From: Octopus sinensis
Lineage: Eukaryota
Direction: 5' to 3'
NCBI RefSeq assembly: GCF_006345805.1
Contig: NC_042998.1
Span: 125,054,001-125,118,000, forward strand
Length of the DNA: 64,000 bases
The notes below the pieces were generated by a model that saw nothing but the letters and a program-made list of their open reading frames with translations, was not told the origin of the DNA and did not search any database. This document shows positions 29,186 to 42,206 of the stretch, in pieces. The translations under genes and the position numbers were made by a program. The stretch's first letter is position 1, and every line of letters begins with the position of its first letter.

Positions 29186-29194
29186 ATAAGTCGC
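29186..29194 (-). CDS. Candidate 9-nt microexon GCGACTTAT
   Basis: Minus strand: tatatttgccacttAG|GCGACTTAT|GTAAGT. Frame-preserving, with TGC just upstream of the acceptor. Confidence 0.3.
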
Positions 29195-29951
29195 CTAAGT
29201 GGCAAATATACATCAATACATTGACAAACATGCAACAATACATAGATATATATAAAACAGCCAAATTTATAATAAAACATGTATCAGTGAAGACATTTTT
29301 ATTTAAAGAGAAGGTAATGATGCATATAGAAATATACAATGTTTAGAAAATATGCAGTAACCACTTAATAATAAATATGAATTATATGAAATAGTTATAC
29401 AAAATCATTTCATTATTTTATTTTATTAGCTGGGGTTTGTTTCTTTTTTTAATTTTGTTGTCGTTTCTGTTTACATTAACTTCGTTTTGTACACATTGTG
29501 TTATATAAATGGGATACGTATAGTGAAGGAAATACAGATGACTAGATTAAGAGCATTCCAGAGGGAGGAATTTTGGACACGGATGCGAGTCATGTAAGTC
29601 TGCGTACTTTGAGTTTCCAGTGATAGTTTATAAAGTGGAAGATGAGTACTGTTATACTGATCTGTTGTCTTCTCACTAAAGAGGTTAAAGAATAGGTACA
29701 GTGGTGGGAGTCGATAAGATTTAAAGTATTTGCTTCAATCACCATGATTTTGTCACAAAATTTGAAATATTTCATTCTTTACATATCCTGACACTCAGCC
29801 CTAAGTTCTTGCCTAAACGATTACAAGAAATGTAAAAAAAAAAGTATTGTTTAATATTAACAGCGGTAAACTGGTATACAGTTTCGTAACTTATCGCTCT
29901 AATTATTTACATTATTTACATTTGATGATATTTCTCATCTTGTTGGTTGTT

Positions 29952-29997
29952 AACACAAAGGTTCGGCTGATATACCCTCCAACCTTCATCAGGTGTC
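29952..29997 (-). ncRNA. Degenerate hammerhead ribozyme copy
   Basis: GACAC CTGATGA AGGTTG...CAGCC GAACCTTT GTGTT: GAAACGTT is mutated. Confidence 0.55.
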
Positions 29998-30082
29998 TTT
30001 CGAACCTGGGTTCTCATATGGCGTAGTGGTTAAGAGTGCGGGCTACTAACCCCAAGATTCCGAGTTCGATTCCAGGCAGTGA

Positions 30083-30132
<50 letters not shown>

Positions 30133-30179
30133 TCGAAAAATACCTTAGGAATGAGAATCCTGGTTCGAAATTTCTCCAA

Positions 30180-30223
30180 GACACCTGATGAAGGCTGGGG
30201 TATATCAGCCGAAACGTTGTGTT
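30180..30223 (+). ncRNA. Minimal type I hammerhead ribozyme, core intact
   Basis: Stem I GACAC/GTGTT; CTGATGA; extra A; stem II GGCTG/CAGCC; GAA-ACGT (palindromic) then U17. Predicted cleavage after 30218. Confidence 0.75.
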
Positions 30224-30999
30224 ATCAACAAACAAGATGAGGACAAATGTCCGTCAAATGTAAATAATGTACATAATTCCTCATCTCTTAAATATAGAAC
30301 TGTATTATCGCTCAAGTTCAAATTCTACTGAAATTTATTTTGTCTTTCACACTTTAGAGGTCTATCAAATAACTACCAGTTGCATATCGAGTTCGATCAT
30401 ATTAACTATATCTATCCCCAACATTTGAGGCCTTTTACTTGTGTCAGAAATCAATAACATAATTGAGGTGAGTGGTGTGACAGAGTCAGCAAAGCAAAGA
30501 ATCAAATGTTTAATGGTATTATTTCGTACAGCTACGTACTGAACTCACATCTCTCAGGAGGCTGGTTTTTCCCTTCCCTTTCTTTCTGCAGTCGATAAAA
30601 TAAATATTATGTGAGTTGAACTTGATTCAGTTGTCTATACCCACTCTCCCACTACAAATGTGTAACATTTTATTAATGGAGGAAATTATTTTCTTGTTAT
30701 TGTTGAATTAATGTTAGTAAAACATTGTATTCTTTATAATTTGTTTATTTTATTATAGAACAAAAAGGAAAGAACATTTAGCTAAACACAGGAATCATAT
30801 CATTTATTCAGTAAGTGCCAATTATTATTTTTATAAAAAGACAGCTAATTCTTCCTATTTTCTGTTTACCAAAAAGGTTTTACTTTTTCTATGCACATAA
30901 TAGATATGTTTTAAAACTAAGTCATCTAATCTTGTTTGTCTCATTGTTATTTGTTCTTTCTTACCAAGCGTTCATGAGAGACTCAAGAGAGTTTAACGT

Positions 31000-31500
31000 A
31001 AACCCCTGGAGAGTATAGTATCTGGAGAGTTAACAGTGTAAACTCCCAGAACACATGCAGTAAAATTCCAAATTGCATTAACTGCGTAGAGCATAAAGTA
31101 AACTTCCAGAGAGCCTGGATTGCTCTCTGGTTTTCCTCTTCCTTTGAAACCACCTCGCTTCAATTATTTTGGTAGGTCCATTAGAAGGATATGGGTAGCA
31201 GGCTATTCCATTTACAACGTGACTTCCACAACCCATTGAGGTATAAAACCACTTTTAAATAGTTCGTTATTATAGAGAGAGCCTATGAAAATTCAACCTT
31301 CTGTAGTTCAGCCATTCCCCAATCTATTCGTACATTATTTAAAACTTGAAACTTCAAGGTAAAGAGAACCTCGCTTCAACGGTCCACTGTGGTGAACTAC
31401 GTTTATCAGAGATTGCAGCTTCCGCTGATGATTAAGAAGTTCAGTTTCCAATTATGAGCTTTCAGGTTAGATTCTACTGCGTAACATCTTGAGAAAATGT
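31000..31500 (-). mobile_element. Highly decayed LINE (CR1-like) 3' fragment
   Basis: KWNSLLP-like motif on the minus strand; many stops. Confidence 0.3.
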
Positions 31501-32425
31501 CTTTACCGTAGAGAAAATGTCTTATTATAGCCACATACCTAATAGGGTTTGAGTGAAATTGGGTGGACGGAAATTGTAGGGATGCCTGTTAGGTAGACTG
31601 CATATGTAATTCAAAAGGCTAATCTTATCATTTAGTGTGTCGTGGTGACTCGACCTATGAATTATGTAAAGCGTGTACGTGTCAGTGAAATACGCGACCA
31701 CTTGTTAATTTAATGAGACCGATGTTCAATTGATAGAAAAATTGAATAGCGACCGTCGAAATTGACGGAGGGTCTATTATATTTATCTAGGATGCTACCT
31801 ACATGTCTTCACCTATGTTACCTACTCACTAATAAGTTAAGCCTCTGTGTGGTTATTCGAATGACTAGAAATAGCAACCAAATCTCGCTCTTGTAAAAAG
31901 AACACGTGGAGTAATCTGGTCCTAGGTTCTCAGCGCAGTAATGGCAGTAATGGCTGGAATGTATTTCATTTTATGTACGGTCGATGAAAGCTGACATTGA
32001 GCCAAACAACAATAACAGCATACACTAAGTGGACTTAGTCATTGAGATTTAAGTGGTCTGATCTTTCTAACAGTGTTAAAATGATTCCTACAACTAACTA
32101 GAATCTTGACACTTATTGCGAATTTCTGTCAAACAAAGCAAAAACAATATTCTTTTCTATTTTCCTCGTATGAAGGCCAGGTTATATTCTTCTATTATGG
32201 ATTTCCTAAGAACCATAAAATTATTTTGTTTTAGTTATTTCTATCTGCTGTGTATCTTACATCTGATGCTATTGAGATTTTACTAAATGGTTCTTGTCGA
32301 AAGTCTGATGATTGATGATTGCCTAGTGTGTGATAGGTATGAAACTGAAGTTACGAAGGATTATTATTAATGGACTATGCCATCCTACATATATATAAAG
32401 AGAGAGAGAGAGAGAGCTAATGATG

Positions 32426-32778
32426 TACATTATTTACATTATTTACATTTGACGGATATTTGTCCTCATCTTGTTTGTTGCTAACACAACGTTTCGGCTG
32501 ATATACCCTCCAGCCTTCATCGGGTGTCTTGGGGAAATTTCGAACCTGGGTTCTCGTTCCTAAGTTATTTTTCGATGTTGTTGTTATTATTATTATTATC
32601 ATCATCATCATCATCATCATTCATCATCATCATCATCATCTTCATTATTATTATTATTATTCAGGTGACTGCCTAGAATCGAACTCGGAATCTTCGGGTT
32701 AGTAGCCCGCACTCAACCACTACGCCATATGCCCGTGGCTTAGTGGTTAAGAGTGGGGGCTAATATAGAACTGTATTA
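32426..32778 (-). mobile_element. Second copy of the tRNA-head/hammerhead element
   Basis: Reverse complement of about 30016-30268, followed by a short plus-strand head fragment and ATATAGAACTGTA. Flanked by GC(T/A)AATGATG at 32416-32425 and 32779-32788. Confidence 0.85.
32483..32528 (-). ncRNA. Hammerhead motif with U4C core substitution
   Basis: GACAC CCGATGA AGGCTG GAGGGTATAT CAGCC GAAACGTT GTGTT. Confidence 0.6.
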
Positions 32779-35614
32779 GCAAATGATGCCTATATAAATA
32801 CATTAATACATGTGTGTATTAATACATGTGTGTACATGTGTGCAGTCTGTGTGTGTATACTGTGTATATATATAATTTCGTACATATTTATAAATAATTA
32901 CGTACATATATATATATATATATATACATATATAATTAGCAATATGATACGATGTATAATACACACGCACACACAGCTCATACACTCACGGAAAAAGAGA
33001 GAGAGGTGGGGAAGAGAGCAAATCAGTGTTGAAAGTTTTGGTAGCTATCAGTGAGAAGTACCAATACATATTATAATTATTAGTTAACAGTATCATAATC
33101 AAATACCCTAATAAAAAGAAACAGGGTTTAAGGAAGACTCATTATAAGAGACAGAAAGGAAGAGAGAGAGAAAAAACAATGAGCCCCAGAAAGATTTAGA
33201 ACAACTCAAGAAAAGAGAACATGAATTTCGGTAATATAAATGAAAAATATGACATGAATTCTTTGAGAATGGTGGTTGCGAACACATCTTCACGGGGCTC
33301 ACATCAACCCAATAAATCATTCAACTTTACTTATCTGAGGTCGGCCATTAGCTACAGTGAAGTAAATGGAGTTTATCTGTTTATTTTCGGAGAACATTGA
33401 CATGATTCAGGACAGTTTTGTCTTTTTATCTTCAGTTTTAAGATTAGATAGATGCCATTTTCCTATAGGCTTTGATTGTCTGCCAAAAGAAAGAACCTGT
33501 CTTCTTTAGAAAAGTGCAAACACGGCATTTTAGGTTGGAAAATCGGAAACAGCGTATTATGACTTGAAGTGTTTCCGGTTCGTTATTTATTCGCGGAAGA
33601 AAGCGTTGGGAATCGATTGGAAAATATTTTGTCATCGTTAAGTAGATTTATGGCTACAGTATTGCTCTTTTCTTGTTTTATATTAGTATATTAACATACG
33701 TACATAAATATGGTCGAGAACGCATACTTAACATACAACACATACACACACCTCTCTCTCTATATATATATATGTATATACACACACACATATATATATA
33801 TGAATATATATATATATATGAATATATATATATATATGAATATATATATATATGAATATATATATATATATGAATATATATATATATGAATATATATATA
33901 TATGAATATATATATACATATGAATATATATATATATGAATATATATATATATATATTCATATATATATATATATGAATATATATATATAAGTACATTAT
34001 ATATATACACACACAGAGACTTATATAGAGAAACGTACGTGGTTCTATAGCGAGAAAGCAAACCAAGCAGACTGTGTGAGGGTTGGGTTAGAAATGGGGA
34101 GATGTATAATGTATTTTCCGACGAATATAATCATATAATCATAAGTTAATAGAAACCGGCAAACATTAGGATTTGTATGTTTAGCTGATTACATCGTATG
34201 TTAACGAAAAAATTTTTAGTTCACAATTCACTAAATAAAAATTATCTTATAATGAAGCAAACTTGTAGCTGGAAAACTTGTGTATCCGGGGGAAAAAAAT
34301 GAAAAAGAAGTGCTCTGTTGCCGCTTTTGTTAATTCTCAAATATCTTAATATTACTCTATTCTCGTTATAGAATATTGCACCACAATAATAAAGGTAAGG
34401 AGAATATATGTCTGATATATGAACATAGAAGAAGTAGATGATGGCTTTGACCATGAAGACAGTTTATATTATTGACCTCAAACGTAATAAAAACAGAAAC
34501 GGCACTGAAATGTTTTGAACTCAGAATGTGAAAGAAAATAAGTAAATGCTATCAGACATTTTCTCCGCCGTTCTACCGATTCTTCCTTTGGTAGACTTCG
34601 AATGTAAATGACCATAAACATGCTAGTATGAAAATGTTCAAAAGAAATTTAACAAGAATGTGTTTCTTGCTGTTCTGAGTTCAGCTACTACTGGGCTTCA
34701 TTTCAGTTTCCCTATTTGCGAGTTCAGTAAAATAAGTACGACCAAATATGGGTGAGGATGGAACTTAACATTTCTTTCTAGAAGTTAGTACTGAGCGAAA
34801 TTTTATGCGAATAGAAGCCCTGAAAAAAGAAATATCACAATTATTCATCTCAATTCCACATGCACGGAGAGATAAGTGATAGAATAGGCAGAGAGTAGCA
34901 CAATATTATGTTTCTTTACTTTCTGAGCTCAAATATCCCTGGAGTTAACTTTACGCTAATAAAAGGTTGATAAAATAAGCGCATGTAATGGAATTGTCCC
35001 CCATCTCCGAAAATATATCGGCTTTGTGCCAATATTACGAACTCAAAATTATAGATATGCAATTTAAATCTTTTTAACTTAACATTTCGAAGAAAAAAAA
35101 CAACGCAAATCAAACGCCATATTTAAAAGAAAAGTGTTTAGTTTTGAAAGTTTAATGGCGTAAAATAAAATAAAAGATTGTCATAACATCGAATATATAG
35201 TTTTACAATAAACATATAGAGAAAGAAAACGGTAATTATTGAAAAGAAAATTTATCAATATTTGCAACATAGTTGCTATATACTTATTATAGATTAACGT
35301 CTTGTTTAACAATAGCAGCAACTAAAACAATAAGGACATTGCTTGGAATTGGCTCCAGTCGTCTCGATTTTTAAGTTTCTAAACATCTCTACTGGTATTT
35401 AATACAATTCTTGCCGTTTAAGACCCATAACGTTCCGAAAATTTGTATGTGTGTACATTTGAGTATGCGAGTGTGGCTGTATGTGATGTGAGTATGTGTG
35501 CTTATAATAGCAGCGGGAGGGAGGGAATGGTACGCATCGCATACAAATATTTTATCATATATCTGCGACAGCATTTGTACGCACACACGCTTGCGTGCAG
35601 ACAGACAGATAGAC

Positions 35615-35691
<77 letters not shown>

Positions 35692-36073
35692 TCCTTTGAT
35701 TGTTTCAGTCATTAGACACTGGCCATGTGGAGGCATTCCTTGAAGTATTTTTCGTTTAATGAATCGACCCAGGTACTTTTTTGAGCCTGGCACTTAATGT
35801 ATCGGTCTGTATTGCCGAAGCGCTAAGCTATGGGACGTAAACACACAAATACATATACACACGTGAACGCAACATTCAAAATACTACCAAAATACTGCCT
35901 GGATTTACCTGAGAGTATTCTTAAGAGCCAGTGCCCTCATGGAAGTATGGAACAGTTCCCAAGCTGTGAACTTTATTCTCCTGTCTGTATTCTTCTATCT
36001 ATTGTTTTAATTTGTATTCTGTCAATTATTTAATGTGAATTCCCTGTCAAAAACTTTTATGTATATTCACCTT

Positions 36074-36149
36074 GTCTCTGATGACGAAATACCCAGTGTA
36101 TGGAAATGCTAACCTATCGCTTGAGATATACCAAAAACAGCTGTAAGAC
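36074..36149 (+). ncRNA. Degenerate type I hammerhead (G12A) of a second family
   Basis: GTCT CTGATGA...AAAA CAGCTG TA AGAC. Stem I GTCT/AGAC; palindromic ACAGCTGT stem III; stem II eroded. Confidence 0.55.
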
Positions 36150-36393
36150 ATCCAATAATTAATTAATTAATCACTTCAAATTAGATATTCTAAATGACTT
36201 GAGATACTCGTCTTGCTAACTCGGATCCCTAGCTCCAGCCTCAGGTGTGAACTTGGAAACTAATGGATGACCAATTATAGTACTTACACAGGGTACTTAT
36301 TCTCCACTGAACTAAACCCCTCATATTCTTTATATATACATATGAACTTACTTGGAAATAGATGCGTGGCGTTCAATTAAATAATAATATACA

Positions 36394-36444
<51 letters not shown>

Positions 36445-36450
<6 letters not shown>

Positions 36451-37130
36451 TATATGGGTACAGGACGTCACCAACTGTGTAAACAGCATGAATTAGATAA
36501 ACAAACAAGTTAAATACGCAAGCAACGAGAGAAAATGAAAATCAGGACAAGTTACACACAGAACGACCCTCCATCAGTTGTCGGCTGTCTATCTACTCCT
36601 CATTTCAAGCATTCAGAGACAATATGAATCTTCAAAGACAGTTGCTCCCATAAATTCCAAAATAAAATTTTGGATTTATGGAAGGTCTAAGTTGGGAACA
36701 AAAACACGACAGTGGATACATACAAGGAAACCGAACGAAAATAAACATGGAGGGTCGTTAGACCAGAACGGGGCGAAATAGTGAACGCTGAGAGAAAAAT
36801 TTTCTTTGAAAAGAGAAAAGATAGATGAGAGAGAAAGAAAACGTCCAGTCCTTAGAACTTCGTGAATGAAAAGAAAGATGGTCACGTCAGGAAAAGAAAG
36901 ATAGATGATGGTCACGTGTGAGCAATGAGAGAGAGAAAAGAGAAAGAGAAGAGAGAAAGAGAGACAGATAGAAAACGGTCAAGGGGAGAAAATGGAATTA
37001 GAGAAGGATGGGGGAGAAAACAGTATAGAGTTGAGTCGCATCAAAAAGAGATTAAGATAAACTTATTTGGAAATGGATGCGTAAGATATTTGAGGACAGA
37101 TTTATGTTTATAAAACAAATAACAGGTATA
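36445..37130 (-). mobile_element. Non-coding repeat element next to a (TA)n tract, related to 13130-14410
   Basis: CACGTGACC and GACGTGACC motifs; CT-rich segment. Confidence 0.35.
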
Positions 37131-37201
37131 ATAACAGATAATAACTTTATTTATCAAAAATGAGAATAAAAATAAACCTTTTTTTCTATTATGTTATTCA
37201 A

Positions 37202-37431
37202 TAAATCCACCTTCCGCTACATACTCGAATCAAATGGTCCTGATTCGTTTTGGACATTACTCTGACTATGGCAGCTTTCATAGAATCTTTGGTGTTATGG
37301 GCGTGTTCATTGACCTCTCTCTTAACAACTCTTCACATGTAATAGTCCAATGGATTGAGATCTGGGGAATTAAGAGGTCAAATGGTAGGAGTTACGTGAT
37401 CATGAAAATTATCAGCCGTCCACTCCTGTGT
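37202..37431 (-). mobile_element. maT/DD37D-like Tc1/mariner transposase C-terminal fragment
   Basis: TQEWTADNFHDHVTPTI*PLNSPDLNPLDYYM*RVVKREVNEHAHNTKDSMKAAIVRVM: SPDLNPLDY motif with stops. Confidence 0.85.
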
Positions 37432-38433
37432 TACCAGGGTAAAGAAATTTTGTTTCTTCCCACTTATTGTGGGAAAAAATTGACGAGGGCCTGGGTCTGT
37501 AGTTTTCCACCCGGAATTGAACCCCAGTGGATAGAGGATACTATCCATCGGGGTCTGGGTGGCAACGGAGCCAGGCTCCTCAATGTGAAAATTCTTCCTG
37601 CGGCTGATTTGGTTGGGTCAAAAGCTGTTTTGACCCAGTGGACCCAATCAGCCATGAATCTGGTTATGCCAGATTTTTTGAAAATGGCCGGTTGCAGGTA
37701 CCCGATGATTCTTGAGAGTCGCTCCTCCAGGTGTCATCGGCGCCTGGAGCCTGGCCATATAAAGAAAAACTGTCCTGAGGAACAGAGCAAAGTCCTGGAG
37801 CACTCAAATGTGACCTCTGTAGAAGAGGGAACAAAGGCGGCTGAGGAGACGGAGGACTCTTCAGGGAAGGGCCGCAAGAGGAAGAAGGTGAGTAACAATG
37901 GGTGCTCACCGAAGGATCCTGGAGATGAGGGAGGGCAGGGGAATCTCCCGGTCACGGAGGAGACGCACCCCCCCTCAGTTGAGAGGGGGAAAAGGAAGAG
38001 GAAGAGAAACAGGACGTTGCCGGCAGTCGGTGACATAGCACCGGAATGTCCCGGAACCTTGCCGGTAGGGGTTGTGTCACCGGCAGGGGAAGAGACACCG
38101 TTAGGGGAAAATGTGCCGCCAACGGTAGAATTGACTACCTCGAACCTGGAGGAAGAGGAACTATTGGTCTTCTTCTACAGAGGCGGAGAGGTAGAAGAGG
38201 TGATGGAAAGGCACCATAAGGAAGTACCTTTAACCTTCACACAGGATACCGAATGGCCTCCGTAGATAGCTGTGGAGGTCATAACGGTGGATGTGGGGTG
38301 TAGGATGCAGGAACTCAATGAGGAATATCGCTTGTGGCCGGACGACGCCGGCTCGGATCCCGCCTTGTTCTTGAATGAGGCGTGGGGGATAGTGGAGTAT
38401 ACGGGCACAAGCGATGTCGGGGAGGAATAATGA
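37432..38433 (+). mobile_element. L1/Tx1-type LINE ORF1 (gag-like) fragment with eroded zinc knuckle
   Basis: GC-rich ORF containing RCHRRLEPGHIKKNCP (CX2CX4HX4C with second Cys lost) and a basic/acidic low-complexity tail. Reading continues past TAG 38263-38265. No ORF2 follows. Confidence 0.65.
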
Positions 38434-38749
38434 CAAGCGGTTGAAAAGCCTCAGTATTATAATGTTTATTATGCTATTGTATGTTATTGTGTTTAAGAGG
38501 CTTAACGCCCCAATTCTTAAATGGACTATTAGTCCAAAAATCATAAAATTGAAGTAAGAGGTTCATTACCGCGTTTTGTCTATTTCTGTGAAAAAAAGAA
38601 GAGAATAATGTTTCAGAGAAGCAAAGGATCCGCGGGCGATTTTTGTCTTCTCCCGTTAATATCATCCTTATCATCATTCACCTCATCAATATCTTTGTCC
38701 AGCCCGCAAGCTACTCTGTATCGTGCCTTTATGGCAAAATTTTTGAAAT

Positions 38750-38900
38750 AAAGTAGCTTGCTTACCAGCCACATGTTTCCGGGTTCAGTCCGAACTGCGT
38801 TGGACCTTGGTCAAGTGTCTTCTACTATAGCCTCGGGCCGACCAAAGCCTTGTGAGTGGATTTAGTAGACGGAGACTAAAAGAAGCCCGTCGTATATATG

Positions 38901-38931
<31 letters not shown>

Positions 38932-39143
38932 TGTTTGTGTTTGTATATCTGTTTTGTCCCCCACCCAACATCGCTTGACAACCTATGCTGGTGTGTTTAC
39001 GTCCCTGTAACTTAGCAGTTCGGCAAAATAGGCCGATAGAATAAGTACTAGGCTTACAAAGAATAAATCCTGGGGTCAATTTGCTCGACTAAAGGCGGTG
39101 CTGCAGCATGGCCGCAGTCAAATGACTGAAACAAGTAAAAAGA
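38750..39143 (+). mobile_element. SINE family B
   Basis: GGGTTCAGTCC B box, CA/TA core, 3' AAATGACTGAAACAAGTAAAA. Confidence 0.8.
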
Positions 39144-39166
39144 GTACATATATATTATATCATATA

Positions 39167-39211
<45 letters not shown>

Positions 39212-39273
39212 TATATAATATATATTATATATACTATATATATATATATATATATGAGTCGTACGTGTCTGTG

Positions 39274-39310
<37 letters not shown>

Positions 39311-39814
39311 ATAATATCTATATATATATATATATAATTATATGTGTGTGTGTGTGTGTACATAAGTAGTACGTCTATGTATGTTTAATATATACATGTA
39401 TATATGAGTAGTATGTGTCCATGTATGTAAATGTCTTTTAAATATATACAGTGTGGCGAAGATCTATTTCAAAGCGAAGAAATCTCAAATCTTGCATTAA
39501 ATAGCTATTTCAGGGCAACAATAAAAAGAAATAACCAGATTTTTCATTCATTACTCAGAAACAAACTATAATATATGGTAATGTCCATAATACGTGCTTA
39601 GCTCCTTAAAAAACATATATTCATTTAATGGATGTCCAGTCTTAGCAATTATCCTTTGCAAAGTCCTGCTGCTTCTACTAGTCATAAATCAAATAGCTAG
39701 ATACTATGATTATCATCAATTTACATCAATTTCTTTATAAAGAAAATAAGGTGTATGACTATGTATATATACTTGTGCACAATGTATACAAGCAAGTGTA
39801 TATGTATGTTTATG

Positions 39815-39845
<31 letters not shown>

Positions 39846-40061
39846 TCACACACACATATATATATATATGTGTTCGTATGTCACTACATATTAATAGCGT
39901 GCACATGTATGTGTATCTGTATTCGTTTTTGCGTATACCATGAAGGTTTTGTAGTAAATCAAATTGTAAAACTTCAATAAATATAAGTGTCTGTCTGAGA
40001 CTATCAAACAATGACTGCTAGGAGTCAATTATACGTAGGAGGAGAAATGATAAAACGGTTA

Positions 40062-40117
<56 letters not shown>

Positions 40118-40139
40118 GATATATATATATATATATGTG

Positions 40140-40181
<42 letters not shown>

Positions 40182-40509
40182 TTTATATATATATATGTGT
40201 GTGTGTTAGTGTGTGTGTGTGTGTTGTATGTATGTATATATATTATATATATATGTATGTATATGTATATATATATATTATATGTGTGTATACATACATA
40301 TATATATATATATCTGCTCATGTATTTGTATATCTTTCTTTCTATCTATTTAGAAACCTATAGATTTATCTAGCTGCATGTTTATCTGTTATTTATCTTC
40401 ACTTTCTTCCTCTCTCTCTCTCCACATATACACACACAGATACAAACACACACATATATACATTAATAACGCACGCACACACACACACACACATATATAT
40501 GTATGTGTG

Positions 40510-40541
<32 letters not shown>

Positions 40542-40569
40542 ATGTATAAGATATATATATATTATATAA

Positions 40570-40617
<48 letters not shown>

Positions 40618-41291
40618 TAATGTATAATATATATATATATATAATGTAATAATATATATATATATATATATATAATATATATATAATGTATAATATACAT
40701 ATATATATAATGTATAATATATATATATAATGTATCATATATATATATATATATAATGTAATATATATACTGTATATATATATATAATGTATAATATATA
40801 TATATATATATTCATCAGTCTAAGCGTTTCTCCCTTTATCTGTTTAGCTATCATCCTTTTTTACCTGTATATCAATCAATCTGTTTATTGATCTATTTGC
40901 TGCCTTTGCTTTGGGTTTCCATCTGTCAGGTATCCTATATGTGTTTTTATCTATTACCTATTTATCTCTCTCTCACTATTTCTTTCATTCTCTCTCTCTC
41001 TCTTTCTTTCTGTATCTATCTTTCTCTCTATCTCTCATTCTCTCTCCCCTCTCTCTGGATGTGTGTGTGTGTTTGTATGTGTAACATGCTGCTCTCTATC
41101 TTTCATTTTTTTCTCAGGCTTTTCCACACCTGCCTACTCCACTTTTTACGATGCTTTAGGATATCTCATCCATTCATTTTCCACATTCATTTAGCTTATC
41201 TTTCTGTTCTCTTTGTCTTTCTCCTCCTTCGTAATCCTTTCCATTTCTCACACCCATCTTTCTTTATACACTCAAAACACATACACACATG

Positions 41292-41339
<48 letters not shown>

Positions 41340-41816
41340 CAATATCTATGTTTGCGTGAACAATAATCTTATACCGTGTTTCCAAAGCTCCTCTACGGGC
41401 ATCGGCTACCAAATGCTATCATACAGTAGGCCTTCTCGCACTGAATGTACATGTGGAAATCTGTGAATACAATTCCACACAGTGTATACAAAAGAACTAT
41501 AATATGAGAAAAGGGAATGAAAAAGTTTTATTCCAAAACACTACAAATATTTTGGCGTATTTGTATCGGCGAATGTCATCTTTAGTTTTAAAGAGAAATT
41601 AAAGATGCTCTAGCAGTGCTCTGGAACCTACCCCCCTGAAGACGTGCAGGTACCCAGCTTTTGTTGCAATAATGTGCATATGTGTAAAATTCAGCAATTA
41701 TCAGCTGCTGCTGATGCGCCGAAGTAACTGTAGTGATGTGGAATAAAACCCGTTCATTCTATCTTCTCGTATTAAAACTCTTTCACACACACACATACAT
41801 ATGTATATATATTAAA

Positions 41817-41869
<53 letters not shown>

Positions 41870-42105
41870 CTCTTCTGTATTTACTCATTTAAATTCTTCA
41901 TCTGAAGAAGCAGCTGGTTTCTAACAACGATACAAAGTTCCGTTTTTGGAATGTAGATAACGGAAACGATGTCACATTTTAAACCTCAGAAAAGGCTTCT
42001 ATAATAGTTTTACTGCTCCACTTCCAGATTGTATTTGTAATGTACGAATCACTTGGTTGATTACTTTTTCTGAAAACCCAAGCTTATCCAGACTGACAGT
42101 TAGGC

Positions 42106-42136
<31 letters not shown>

Positions 42137-42175
42137 TGTATGTATGTATGTATGTATGTATGCATGCATGCATGC

Positions 42176-42206
<31 letters not shown>

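Larger units (their letters stand above)
29900..30304 (+). mobile_element. Composite retroelement: inverted tail copy + tRNA-like head + (AAT)n + hammerhead tail, 9-bp TSD
   Basis: A box TGGCGTAGTGG 30019-30029; B box GAGTTCGATTCC 30062-30073. 29912-30017 is an inverted copy of 30151-30268. TSD TTATCGCTC at 29891-29899 and 30305-30313. Confidence 0.85.

Noticed and set aside
30016-30085. Genuine tRNA gene
   Set aside because: Imperfect anticodon and acceptor stems, and it is part of a repeated TSD-flanked element.
36560-36650. Hammerhead-like TTGAAGA...GAAA...TA GACAG on the minus strand
   Set aside because: Core spacing, stem II and stem III do not fit without several assumed changes.
40888-41466. 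192-aa hydrophobic ORF
   Set aside because: Derived from CT-rich and TG low-complexity sequence.
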